A DNA stretch of 64,000 nt, taken from positions 78,901-142,900 of the forward strand of contig DASUFP010000076.1 in the NCBI GenBank assembly GCA_036274495.1. The letters run 5' to 3'. This stretch comes from Bacteroidia bacterium (lineage in GTDB: Bacteria; Bacteroidota; Bacteroidia; AKYH767-A; OLB10). A program made the position numbers and the translations under genes. This document shows, one piece after another, positions 31,601-38,769 of this stretch; position 1 is the first letter of the stretch, and the number at the start of each line of letters is the position of its first letter. The notes under the pieces were generated by a model that had not been told where the DNA came from, did not search any database, and saw only the letters and a list, made by a program, of their open reading frames with translations.

Positions 31601-34367
31601 ACCATTAATGTACAGCCTTAACGGCGGAACAACCAATCAGAATGCAAATGTTTTTAGCAGTCTTGCACCGGGGACATTCCAGATTGTAATTACCGACGAT
31701 AACGGCTGTACAGCCGACACCTCCATGCTAATTACAGAACCTCCTCCCATATTGTTTAATGTATCGGCAACGCAGTCGGTTTGCAGTGATGCTAATGGTT
31801 CTATAAACATTACTGCTTCGGGAGGCAACGGAGGATTCAGTTACAGCGTCGACAGCGGGTATACCTATCAGAGTAATGCTGTTTTCACAGGACTCTATTC
31901 CGGAATCTACCCGATCGTAATTCATGATTCAGTCGGATGCACAAAATTCACTTCTGCATTTGTTAACGATGCACCCGGACCCATAATTGATACAGTTCAA
32001 ACAACCAACATCAGTTGTTTTGGTTATGGAAACGGAACCTTGTCGGTGCTTTCTAACGGAGGCACCGGTCCGTTCAATTATTCTATTGACAATGGAGCTT
32101 CATTTCAACCGACAGGTCAGTTTGCAAACCTTGTTCCCGGCAATTATCCGGTTGTTATAACGGATGCTAACGGTTGTTCGGCATCTGCTGCAGCTTTGTT
32201 AACGCAACCGGCACTGCTATCAAGTCTTTCTGCTGCAACTTCCACGCTTTGTAACGGATTGTCCGACGGCACTGCTTCGTTGCTGGTATCAGGAGGTACA
32301 AGTCCGTACCAATATAACTGGACAGGGCTCTCGCAGAATTCTGCCACGCAATCGGGCCTACCGGCAGGGAGTTATACTGTTATAATTACAGACAACAATG
32401 GATGCACTACTTCTGATTCCGTTACGGTCAATGAGCCGCTTCCGGTGAGTTTGTCGGCCACAATAACTGATGTTAACTGTTATGGTGAGCACAACGGCTC
32501 CATCAACGTAAGCGGCACAGGAGGTACCGGGGTAATGAGTTACAACTGGAGCGGACTTAATTTCTCGGGCAGTCTTATGGTTAACGCCGCTGCCGGCACT
32601 TATCAGGTAACTGCTACAGATGCCAATGGTTGCAGTGCTCAGCAATCATACATTGTTTCTGAACCCGCTCTGCTCGCTGTTGCGCTGACCACCACAAATG
32701 TTGCATGCTTTGGCGGAAGTACAGGCATTGCTCTTACAACACCTTCAGGAGGCACTTCACCTTATTATTATAACTGGTCGAACGGAGCATCTTCAGGAAA
32801 CTTATCAGGAGTAACAGCCGGTTCTTATGTACTTACGCTTACTGATGATCATGATTGCGAAACCAGTACCACCGCGGTTATATCTGAACCGGCACTGCTT
32901 ACCGCCAATGCCGCCGCCACGCCATTAACCTGCTTCAATTCAGGTAACGGAAGTGCAGCCATTGCCGTTGCAGGAGGCACCACTCCCTACAGCTACCTGT
33001 GGAGTAACGGCGCATCGACTTCGGTAATCACAGGCTTGTCATCTGCAACCTATACCACCACTGTTACCGACGCGAATGGTTGTACCGTCTTAAGCAATGT
33101 GGCCGTGACGCAACCGGCACAGCTGGTGCTGAATGTTACAGGTAACGCTACCATTTGTATCGGACAGCAGACATTGCTCAATGCTTCGGCTACCGGCGGT
33201 AACAGCAATTACACTTTCAACTGGAGTAATGGTGTTACTTCCGCTTCCCAATCGGTGAGTCCTGCAGTCAGCACAACATATACAGTCACCGTTACAGACA
33301 TTTACGGTTGTACCGCACCAGCTTCTTTTTTAACAATTACAGTACACCCGCCACTGTCGCTTACCCTTTCTGATCCCGACACCATTTGTTTTGGTGATCA
33401 AACCGTATTATCTGCTTTGGCAGGAGGTGGTAACGGGGGACCGTATACCTATAACTGGACCAATGTTTCCACTTCAGCAGCACAGGCAACGGTAACACCT
33501 CAGGCAACAACATTATTTGGAGTAACCGTTGCCGATGGTTGCGGCACACCGGCGGTATCAGCCGCAGTAGAAATTGTTGTTAACCCGTTGCCTGTAGTGG
33601 TCTTTGAACCACTGCCTGCAAGCGGATGCGCTCCCCTGCCGGTACAATTTTCAAATTCGAGCACTACGCAATCGGGGGTAGCTGTATACAACTGGCAATT
33701 TGGTGATCAGACGTTATCGGGCGACTTTGAGCCCTTCCATTTATATGAGTTGCCCGGTTATTACACGGTAGCACTTGAGGTGACGTCGGCAGAAGGATGC
33801 CGTAATCAGCTCACCCTTCCGAATGCCGTTCATGTTTATCCGGTACCTGATGCAGCCTTTAATGCAACACCTGCAAAAGCTTCCATATTAGATCCGGTAA
33901 TCACCTTCTCCGACCAGAGTATTGGTGCAACATGGTGGAAATGGGATTTTGGCGATGGTGAAAACGGATTTGACCCTTACATGCGTCATCAATATTCCGA
34001 CACAGGTGCATATGCCATTGCGCTGTATGTTGTAAACGATTACGGATGCAGGGACACCGCTTACGGCGAAGTGGTAATTGAAGGCGAAACAACAGTATAT
34101 ATTCCCAATGCCTTTACTCCGAATAACGATGGCAAAAACGATACGTTTACGGTTTCGGGAATCGGGATTACCGATATTGAAATGTCGATTTTTAACAGAT
34201 GGGGCAATGTAATTTACCGTGGCCACAATCTGCTGGCTGCATGGGACGGCAAAGATTTGTATACAGGTGCCGATTGCCAGGACGATGTTTACATTTATAC
34301 CGTAAGGGTCCGTAATCTTTCAGGAACCTTTAGTGATTTCTCAGGCAGGGTGACACTGATACGGTAA
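22617..34367 (+). CDS. Giant T9SS type B cargo adhesin (3916 aa): CUB, PPC-like, unknown domain, 39 SprB repeats, 2 Ig-like, 2 PKD, gliding-motility CTD
   Basis: Signal peptide, CUB (FYDSGG...GYDFLTVYNG...FTSD...GW), repeats C..G.....GG..PY.Y.......F.GL..G.Y.V.VTDANGC, PKD (WQFGD, WDFGDG), and CTD 'YIPNAFTPNNDGKNDTF...IFNRWG...WDG...YIY'. Confidence 0.93.
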   Translation: MVIRYLKAVSLFLLVSLSAYSQNYNITNSTVNTCGGNFYDSGGNGGAYGNNENVVMTFCSNSAGNCIRLTFSQFNIESGYDFLTVYNGPNTASPVLGVYTGTAIPPVLTATTGCLTVQFTSDLVITAAGWAATLSCVPCPASACPTCNGGAPPPNDACSGAQNLGALPVPAACPNGVGAWANFSTTNICATAENPYTTLTGCQPAGNMASPATDVWYRFTITGPTLNINIAGLQSPNIGLYAGTNCSNLIGRGCAVGGGGVLNTSFGGLAPGTYYLQVSGGNLNDQCDFTLSLQNNYDCAGCVIQSNFTANPPPVNGTYAAGQTVDFCFSITDYNQTSVNWLHGVVPSFGAGWDLTTLTTTPPTSCSGQGTWSWYNTTVTSTATGLVTGPGFYFESPLGNVLGVTDGNPGNNYGDNNPSNLCDWTFCWTITTLPPGACVQGASLNISVDTYGDGESGSWTSLACVGDPILDFFATLVCCTPPQIAVVNPVCPGVNNGLATGTGQGNAPWDYVWKDASGTTIQTANNINGSNTLSNLAPGNYTLTVTDNANCISSVNFTITAPAPIAANLTLTHVSCNGAANGSISVNANGGVAPLSYSINGGGQQASTQFNGLAAGNYAVTVTDANGCTFVVNGVINQPPPLVIGVVVVNALCDGASNGSVTANANGGTGALTYSLNGGPQQASGTFGILPAGNYTVVVTDTKGCTASAVGVVNQPPPLQIAAVSANTLCNNTPTGTITANANGGTGALVYAVNGGANQASPVFNGLNIGLYNVVVTDANGCQASVNVNINQPPVLQAAIAGTDILCNGGADGTITANANGGTAVYSYSLNGGAGQPSGSFANITAGNYTVIVTDANGCTVSVSTTLNEPALLQQVIASTDALCFGSSNGSATSNANGGTTPYSYSLNGGAGQPSGVFNGLTAGNYTIVVTDANGCSITANVAVNEPTMLQSAIAATDALCNGSSDGTITANANGGVAPYTYALNGGAGQPTGTFTGLTAGNYTVVVTDANGCTFSSGTSVAEPALLQTAAITSDALCNGNGDGSVTVNANGGTAPYSFSLNGGASQPSGTFNNLTAGNYTVIVTDANGCTATSISVISEPVLLQSVISATDALCNSSADGTVTANANGGTTPYSYSLNGGAGQPTGAFNSLPAGNYTIVITDANGCTTSVSDVINEPAVLQIAAVSSDALCSGSSNGSVTTNANGGTAPYTFAMNGGAGQPSGAFTGLPAGNYTVVVTDANGCTASVNSSVNEPALLQAVSAATDALCNGSSDGTVTSNANGGTLPYSYTLNGGTSQPTGLFSGLTAGNYTVVVTDANGCTVSSSTVINEPAVLQMALAASDALCNGSADGTLNTNVSGGTTPYSYSVNGGAAQAANNFNSLPAGNYAITVTDANGCSLTVNSVINEPALLQAGIGATDALCSGSGDGSVTVNANGGTTPYGYVLNGGTSQVSGVFSGLTAGNYAVVVTDANGCTVAVNTTINEPALLVAGISATDALCNGSNDGSVTANSNGGTTPYSYSLNGGSSQPAGIFNNLTAGNYSVVITDANMCTASVSIAVTEPPVLQSAIAATDALCNSSADGSVSANANGGTPPYTYSLNGGAGQPAGMFAALTAGNYSVTVSDINGCTAVSSVAVGEPTAIQANTNTTPASCGGNDGTVTVIANGGTLPYQYSIDNGATWQATTNFAGLTSGNYTVLVEDANGCTFSAPAAVNNTAAPVITGSPTVNLTCWNAANGSITINSNGGTSPLQFSIDNGVTLQPGNFFGNLSAGLYNLVVIDVLGCQATANVSITQPAQLTVNTQTTNTTCSYSNGSLTLNANGGTGAYQYSANGGTTFQNGALFNGLAAGNYPVVVTDANNCTATSNAVITDAPGPNLNNITVTNVTCNSAGNGQLTVTANGGSAPLQYSIDNGVTNQATALFTGLTPGNYTVLVTDVNGCTASSPASITEPAAIQYSTSTTPATCGNSDGTLTFNASGGTGSLTYSINNGTTFQAGAVFNNLLANTYNLVVQDANGCQLTATATVNNAAAPSISTAAGVNSTCNGSQNGTITINATGGTGTLQYSINNGSTFQSSSVFTNLGPGNYAIIVEDNNGCQATSNVVLTDPVAVTFSVASTNSVCGYGNGTALISASGGTGTLTYSINNGTTYQSDSLFSSLAAGNYQIVVIDANNCTATAALNITDAPGPALQTATVTNLTCNGSDDGALAFITSGGTAPLQFSIDNGTTYSSASVFSGLTPGIYQVVIMDANGCTVTASPNITEPAPISASAVSTPATCGSNDGTVTVNASGGSGSLTYSINNGTTFQATTLFNALTTGNYNILIEDANGCQLSISTTVNNSAAPVIQSFAVTDVTCNGSANGTITINGTGGTAPLNFSINNGFSFQSGNTFSNLGPGTYNLLVTDANGCNAAAQVQVLEPAALQANTLTTPATCGNANGTISVNASGGTGTLNYSANGGTAVTGSLFSNLAPGPYAITVTDGNGCVKNINANVANAPGPAVSLVLSTNILCFGMDNGSIVVLANGGTAPLQYSINGGINFYTTHVFDSIGPGNYSIIVSDANGCTVTGNSIITQPTQVNFTVNVADATCGNNNGTITFNASGGSGNYTYSIDNGLTYQASNVFSGLYAANYDAVVRDGTDCTSYNMVPVNNTSSPAINSMPVNNISCFGAGNGSIQVNATGGAAPLSYSVNGGFSWQSSGAFNNLSPGSYQIIVTDANGCSVTSAAQLTQPAAIVANVTTTTATCGNSDGTLSAVANGGSGALSYSVNSGPAQPSGQFTNLAAGNYNIVITDATGCSLSAVGSVSNTNSPVISAVSSASPNCNGSANGFISITAGGGTGLLNYSINNGTSYQPAGMFNGLSGGSYSIVVLDSTNCITTANVTLIEPALLSINLLATNATCGTNNGTLAILSSGGTGALSFSIDNGVTYQAVTNYPALAPATYQVVVMDNNGCSASASSAIVNIPGPVVSTLTAHQITCHGAANGAITINMTGGTAPLMYSLNGGTTNQNANVFSSLAPGTFQIVITDDNGCTADTSMLITEPPPILFNVSATQSVCSDANGSINITASGGNGGFSYSVDSGYTYQSNAVFTGLYSGIYPIVIHDSVGCTKFTSAFVNDAPGPIIDTVQTTNISCFGYGNGTLSVLSNGGTGPFNYSIDNGASFQPTGQFANLVPGNYPVVITDANGCSASAAALLTQPALLSSLSAATSTLCNGLSDGTASLLVSGGTSPYQYNWTGLSQNSATQSGLPAGSYTVIITDNNGCTTSDSVTVNEPLPVSLSATITDVNCYGEHNGSINVSGTGGTGVMSYNWSGLNFSGSLMVNAAAGTYQVTATDANGCSAQQSYIVSEPALLAVALTTTNVACFGGSTGIALTTPSGGTSPYYYNWSNGASSGNLSGVTAGSYVLTLTDDHDCETSTTAVISEPALLTANAAATPLTCFNSGNGSAAIAVAGGTTPYSYLWSNGASTSVITGLSSATYTTTVTDANGCTVLSNVAVTQPAQLVLNVTGNATICIGQQTLLNASATGGNSNYTFNWSNGVTSASQSVSPAVSTTYTVTVTDIYGCTAPASFLTITVHPPLSLTLSDPDTICFGDQTVLSALAGGGNGGPYTYNWTNVSTSAAQATVTPQATTLFGVTVADGCGTPAVSAAVEIVVNPLPVVVFEPLPASGCAPLPVQFSNSSTTQSGVAVYNWQFGDQTLSGDFEPFHLYELPGYYTVALEVTSAEGCRNQLTLPNAVHVYPVPDAAFNATPAKASILDPVITFSDQSIGATWWKWDFGDGENGFDPYMRHQYSDTGAYAIALYVVNDYGCRDTAYGEVVIEGETTVYIPNAFTPNNDGKNDTFTVSGIGITDIEMSIFNRWGNVIYRGHNLLAAWDGKDLYTGADCQDDVYIYTVRVRNLSGTFSDFSGRVTLIR
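24072..33117 (+). repeat. Coding tandem array of 39 SprB-type repeats of about 75-78 aa, each with two Cys
   Basis: Counted by hand from the recurring xxC...TDxNGC motif in the translation. Confidence 0.9.
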
Positions 34368-34495
34368 TTCTCAATCACAGCAATACTGTAATAATTAATT
34401 ATATCGGATGGTAATTTATCCTGCCATCTGTATTAATTCAAGTGAAGCACCCTTTTGACGTGCTGTGAATTTTTCCTTTTCTTTCAACTTAATAC

Positions 34496-34531
34496 ATGAT
34501 ATTAATCAGTTTTTAGAATGATTCCAATCAT
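34496..34531. promoter_or_regulatory. Two tandem Crp/Fnr-type boxes upstream of the nos operon
   Basis: ATGAT-ATTA-ATCAG (34496-34509) and ATGAT-TCCA-ATCAT (34518-34531), with centres 22 bp apart. The FNR consensus is TTGAT-N4-ATCAA. Confidence 0.6.
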
Positions 34532-34583
34532 GTTGGCTAATAAAAGGTTATGTGATCTTTGACACACATAAACCGTCTTAGCT

Positions 34584-35147
34584 ATGAAAAACAAATATTT
34601 TGCCATTCAAATTCTTGCAATAGCGCTGATTTTGGTATCCTGCGGAAATACCACTCAGGAAAACATTCAACAACAGACAGCAAATGATCAACCTGCTACC
34701 CCTCTCACGGGACAATCAGGTGTGAAAGACGACGAATCCCAAAAAAACATAGTAGGTGTTGCAGTCAGCTCACCCGATCATACCACGTTGGTGGCAGCGG
34801 TACAGGCAGCCGAATTGGTAGATGTGCTTTCCAATGCAGGTCCATTTACAGTATTTGCTCCAACTAACAGTGCATTTGAGGCACTACCTGCCGGCACAGT
34901 TGAAAGTCTGCTGAAACCCGAAAACAAAGAAAAATTACAGGATATTCTTCAATATCATGTAGCAGTTGCGGTTTTTAAACCCGAAATGCTCAAAGACGGG
35001 CAAAAGCTGGAAATGGTTAATGGTGGTTATGTTGAAATCCGGAAAGAGGGTGAAAAGACAATGGTTAATGATGCTACTATAATAGGCACAGTAGCCGCCT
35101 CCAATGGCATCATCCATATAATAGATAAAGTACTATTACCAAAATAA
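34584..35147 (+). CDS. Fasciclin (FAS1) domain lipoprotein
   Basis: Lipobox LILVSC, 'TLVAAVQAAELVDVL...GPFTVFAPTNSAF', 'ILQYHV', 'ASNGIIHIIDKVLLP'. Confidence 0.92.
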   Translation: MKNKYFAIQILAIALILVSCGNTTQENIQQQTANDQPATPLTGQSGVKDDESQKNIVGVAVSSPDHTTLVAAVQAAELVDVLSNAGPFTVFAPTNSAFEALPAGTVESLLKPENKEKLQDILQYHVAVAVFKPEMLKDGQKLEMVNGGYVEIRKEGEKTMVNDATIIGTVAASNGIIHIIDKVLLPK

Positions 35148-35181
35148 TTTTCGTGTTAATCAACATCTAAAATCAATACCC

Positions 35182-35664
35182 ATGAAATCGTATAAAATTC
35201 TGCTGGCATCCTGTTCTCTACTAATGGTTATATCATGTGGAGGTAATAAAGAAGAAACAAAGGATACCAGTGCTGAAACCAAAGACATTAAAAGCATGTA
35301 TCCTGACCAAACCGCGGCAACTGATGCAAAAGGTGTAGGTAAATTTAAAGACATTACCTTACCTGCAACACTTGACTCCAAGAAAGCGGATGCCGGTCAG
35401 GCCATATACGATATGAAATGTTCAGCTTGCCACCGTTTGGAAGGGGACCGTCTGGTTGGCCCAACCTGGAAAGGAGTTACTACCCGTCGCGAGCCGGCCT
35501 GGATTCTCAACTTTATCACCAATGTGGATGAAATGCTCAATAAAGATCCCATGGCTATGGCACAATTGGAGGAATGTCTGGTACGCATGCCCAATCAAAA
35601 CTTAACTGACGATGACGCATATGCCATTTTGGAATACATGCGCAAAAATGACGGAGTAAAATAA
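35182..35664 (+). CDS. Monohaem cytochrome c lipoprotein (nos-associated)
   Basis: Lipobox MVISC, CSACH haem motif, LVGP, and RMPNQ distal Met. Confidence 0.92.
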   Translation: MKSYKILLASCSLLMVISCGGNKEETKDTSAETKDIKSMYPDQTAATDAKGVGKFKDITLPATLDSKKADAGQAIYDMKCSACHRLEGDRLVGPTWKGVTTRREPAWILNFITNVDEMLNKDPMAMAQLEECLVRMPNQNLTDDDAYAILEYMRKNDGVK

Positions 35665-35690
35665 TATCATACATCATAAACAACCCAGCA

Positions 35691-37667
35691 ATGTTACACA
35701 TCAAGATATTCAAATCTGCTGCCCTGATTGGCACCAGCGTTCTTTTAGCTTTACAATGGGGATGCAAACCCAATACCGTTCAAACTGCTGCTACCGGAGA
35801 TGCAGCTTCAAAAGTTTATGTTGCCCCGGGCACCTACGACGAACTTTACAATTTCGTATCTGGCGGATTTAACGGACAATTATCTGTTTATGGACTTCCG
35901 TCAGGAAGACTGTTCCGGAGTATTCCTGTATATTCGGTTGATCCTGAAAAAGGGTATGGATTCAGTGAAGAAACTAAGCCTATGCTCAACACTTCACATG
36001 GATTTGTTCCATGGGATGATGCTCACCACCCTGACTTCTCCTACACAAAAGGAGAAATTGACGGTCGATGGGTATTCATAAACGGCAACAACACCCCAAG
36101 GGTGGCGCGGATAAATCTGGTTACATTCAAAACAGACGAAATACTGGAAATTCCAAACAGTGCCGGAAATCACTCTTCTCCTTTTGTAACTCCCAACACC
36201 GAGTATGTTGTAGCCGGCACACGTTTCAGTATTCCACTTGGTAAAAATACTGACGTCTCCATTAAATCTTACAAAGAAAATTTTAAAGGCACTTTGTCAT
36301 TTATTAAAGTTGATCCTTCCTCCGGAGCATTAAGTATTGCATTTCAGTTGTTGATGCCAGGTATGGATTTTGATCTGAGTTGTGCCGGAAAAGGACCGAG
36401 CGAAGGTTGGTCATTCTTCTCCTGTTACAACAGTGAACAGGCCCGCACTTTAAAAGAGGTGTACGCATCACAACGTGATAAGGATTTTATTATAGCAGTG
36501 AACTGGAAAAAAGCAGAAGAATATGTGAAAGCCGGTAAAGGAGAGAAATGGCCTGCAAGGTATGCACACAATACCTATAATGAAAAAACACATTCAGCTA
36601 CCTCTGTGATGGAAACTGAAGTCCTGGTTTTAAATCCGGCGCAACTGGCGGATATGGTTTACCTGATTCCTTGTCCTAAATCACCTCATGGAGTTGATGT
36701 TGATCCTACCGGTGAATATATTGTGGGCAGTGGTAAATTAGCCGCCGTTATGCCGGTTTTTGCCTATTCGAAAATGATTAAAGCTATTGCAGACAAAGCT
36801 TTCGACGGCGAGTACCAAGGGTTACCTGTTATCAAATACGAAGCTGCATTATACGGAGAGGTTCAAAAAGCCGGGTTAGGCCCCTTACATACTCAGTTCG
36901 ATAATAATGGAAATGCATACACCTCTATGTTTGTATCCTCCGAAATCGTTAAATGGAACATAAAAGATCTTAAAGTAATTGACCGTATTCCTACCTATTA
37001 TTCAATAGGCCACCTCTGTGTACCCGGAGCACATTCAGTGAAACCATATGGAAAATATGTGATTGCCTATAATAAGATCACCAAAGACCGCTACCTGCCA
37101 ACTGGTCCTGAGTTAACTCAATCGGCACAGTTATATGATATTACAGGTGAAAAAATGAAACTGCTGCTCGACTTTCCAACTGTTGGTGAACCCCACTATG
37201 CAGTAGCTTGTCCGGCCGAACTGATTAAAAATAATTCCAAAAAGTTCTATAAAATAGAAGATAACGAAAATCCATATGCAGCGAAAGGAGAAAAAGAGGC
37301 CAAAGTAGTCAGGAAAGGTAACGAAGTGCATGTATACATGACTTCGATACGGTCCCATTTTGCTCCTGATAATATTGAAGGTGTAAAAGTTGGAGATGAC
37401 GTTTACTTTCACGTTACTAACCTGGAACAGGATTGGGATATTCCTCATGGATTTGCCATAAGGGGTGCTAACAATGCCGAGTTACTCATTATGCCCGGAG
37501 AAACGCAAACTTTAAAATGGAAAGCGACTGAAGTGGGTGTGATACCATTTTATTGCACCGATTTTTGTAGTGCACTCCATCAGGAAATGCAGGGCTATTT
37601 AAGAGTATCTCCTTCCGGAAGTAATGTCCCCATTTCATTTAGTGTTGGCGACAACGATTCAGAATAA
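35691..37667 (+). CDS. nosZ: Sec-dependent (clade II) nitrous-oxide reductase, probable lipoprotein
   Basis: No twin-Arg signal, and LQWGC lipobox-like. The seven CuZ His lie in DAHHP, GNHSS, SPHG, GPLH, IGHL and EPHY. CuA is in IPHG and FYCTDFCSALHQEM. Confidence 0.96.
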   Translation: MLHIKIFKSAALIGTSVLLALQWGCKPNTVQTAATGDAASKVYVAPGTYDELYNFVSGGFNGQLSVYGLPSGRLFRSIPVYSVDPEKGYGFSEETKPMLNTSHGFVPWDDAHHPDFSYTKGEIDGRWVFINGNNTPRVARINLVTFKTDEILEIPNSAGNHSSPFVTPNTEYVVAGTRFSIPLGKNTDVSIKSYKENFKGTLSFIKVDPSSGALSIAFQLLMPGMDFDLSCAGKGPSEGWSFFSCYNSEQARTLKEVYASQRDKDFIIAVNWKKAEEYVKAGKGEKWPARYAHNTYNEKTHSATSVMETEVLVLNPAQLADMVYLIPCPKSPHGVDVDPTGEYIVGSGKLAAVMPVFAYSKMIKAIADKAFDGEYQGLPVIKYEAALYGEVQKAGLGPLHTQFDNNGNAYTSMFVSSEIVKWNIKDLKVIDRIPTYYSIGHLCVPGAHSVKPYGKYVIAYNKITKDRYLPTGPELTQSAQLYDITGEKMKLLLDFPTVGEPHYAVACPAELIKNNSKKFYKIEDNENPYAAKGEKEAKVVRKGNEVHVYMTSIRSHFAPDNIEGVKVGDDVYFHVTNLEQDWDIPHGFAIRGANNAELLIMPGETQTLKWKATEVGVIPFYCTDFCSALHQEMQGYLRVSPSGSNVPISFSVGDNDSE

Positions 37668-37679
37668 TAAGTTTACCAG

Positions 37680-37707
37680 GCAGGGGGCAGATTGAAAATC
37701 CCCCTGC
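37680..37707 (+). terminator. GC-rich hairpin between nosZ and nosB-nosL (partial terminator or mRNA stabiliser)
   Basis: GCAGGGGG-N12-CCCCCTGC followed only by TTCTGTT. Confidence 0.6.
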
Positions 37708-37725
37708 TTCTGTTAAAGAAAAGTC

Positions 37726-38769
37726 ATGCAACTCACCAAATCATCCCGAATAATAATAGCTATAGCTGCTCTAAGTCTGATAGTCACCAACTTTGTACCA
37801 TTATGGAGAATTGAGTTGAACGCTCCACAATATCCCGAGGGTTTAACCATGGAAATCTGGACGTTTAAGCTTGCCGGAGATGTAGACGTGATAAACGGAC
37901 TCAACCACTACATTGGCATGAGCACTATGCACTCAGAAGATTTTATTGAATTCACGATACTACCCTATCTGATAGGCTTTACAATTGTATTCGGATTAAT
38001 TGTTGCCATTGCGGGGAAAAAAGGCCCTTTGTATACCTATGCAAGTTGGGTGATTTTATTCGGCATTGTTGCAATGGCAGACTTTTACAAATGGGAATAC
38101 GATTACGGTCATCATCTGAATCCCAATGCTCCCATACAGGTACCGGGGATGACCTACCAGCCACCGTTTATCGGCTTTAAACAATTGCTTAATTTTGGCG
38201 CCTTTTCCATACCTGATATCGGAGGTTTTATTTTTATCTTAAATGCATTGCTGGTGGTGGCAGTCACCTTTTTTATATGGAAAACAGCAAACAAAAAAAG
38301 GATGATTAGCTATGCCGCTCCCATCTTATTCCTGACTTGTTTATCCACTCTTTCAGGTTGTAGTATCGAACCAAAACCAATAGCATATGGTAAAGATCCC
38401 TGCGAATTCTGTCGGATGACCATTATGGACAATAAATTTGGAGGTGAGATTCTAACTAAAACAGGAAAAGCTTATAAATTTGATGATGCGAAATGTTTGA
38501 CAGCATTTATCCAACGCGAATATGTCAGACCCGAAAAAATAGCCAAAATTTATCTAACCGATTTCAAGAATGGAAACCTTTTCATTGCAGTTCCTTCCAC
38601 TGTAGTACTTTATAATATAAATTTCAAAAGTCCGATGGCAGGTAACATTGCAGCGTTTGAAATTCCGGAGGAGTTAAATCAAACCCAACATCAGTTGGGA
38701 GGCTCCCCTTTAACATGGATGGAGGCTTCAAATAAATTAAAGGAACAAGAGGCGCGGATAGGATTATGA
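37726..38769 (+). CDS. nosL: NosB-like membrane protein fused to the NosL copper chaperone
   Basis: The N-half has LWRIELNAPQYPEGL, INGLNHYIGM and TM helices. The C-half has LSGC, CEFCRMTIMD, KFDDAKCL and SPMAG (NosL). Confidence 0.88.
   Translation: MQLTKSSRIIIAIAALSLIVTNFVPLWRIELNAPQYPEGLTMEIWTFKLAGDVDVINGLNHYIGMSTMHSEDFIEFTILPYLIGFTIVFGLIVAIAGKKGPLYTYASWVILFGIVAMADFYKWEYDYGHHLNPNAPIQVPGMTYQPPFIGFKQLLNFGAFSIPDIGGFIFILNALLVVAVTFFIWKTANKKRMISYAAPILFLTCLSTLSGCSIEPKPIAYGKDPCEFCRMTIMDNKFGGEILTKTGKAYKFDDAKCLTAFIQREYVRPEKIAKIYLTDFKNGNLFIAVPSTVVLYNINFKSPMAGNIAAFEIPEELNQTQHQLGGSPLTWMEASNKLKEQEARIGL

Noticed and set aside
24072-33117. Regularly spaced near-identical DNA (e.g. ACCGATGCAAACGGATG) resembling a CRISPR or repeat array
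   Set aside because: These are in-frame codons of the TDANGC motif with ~230-bp spacing and synonymous variation. There are no cas genes.
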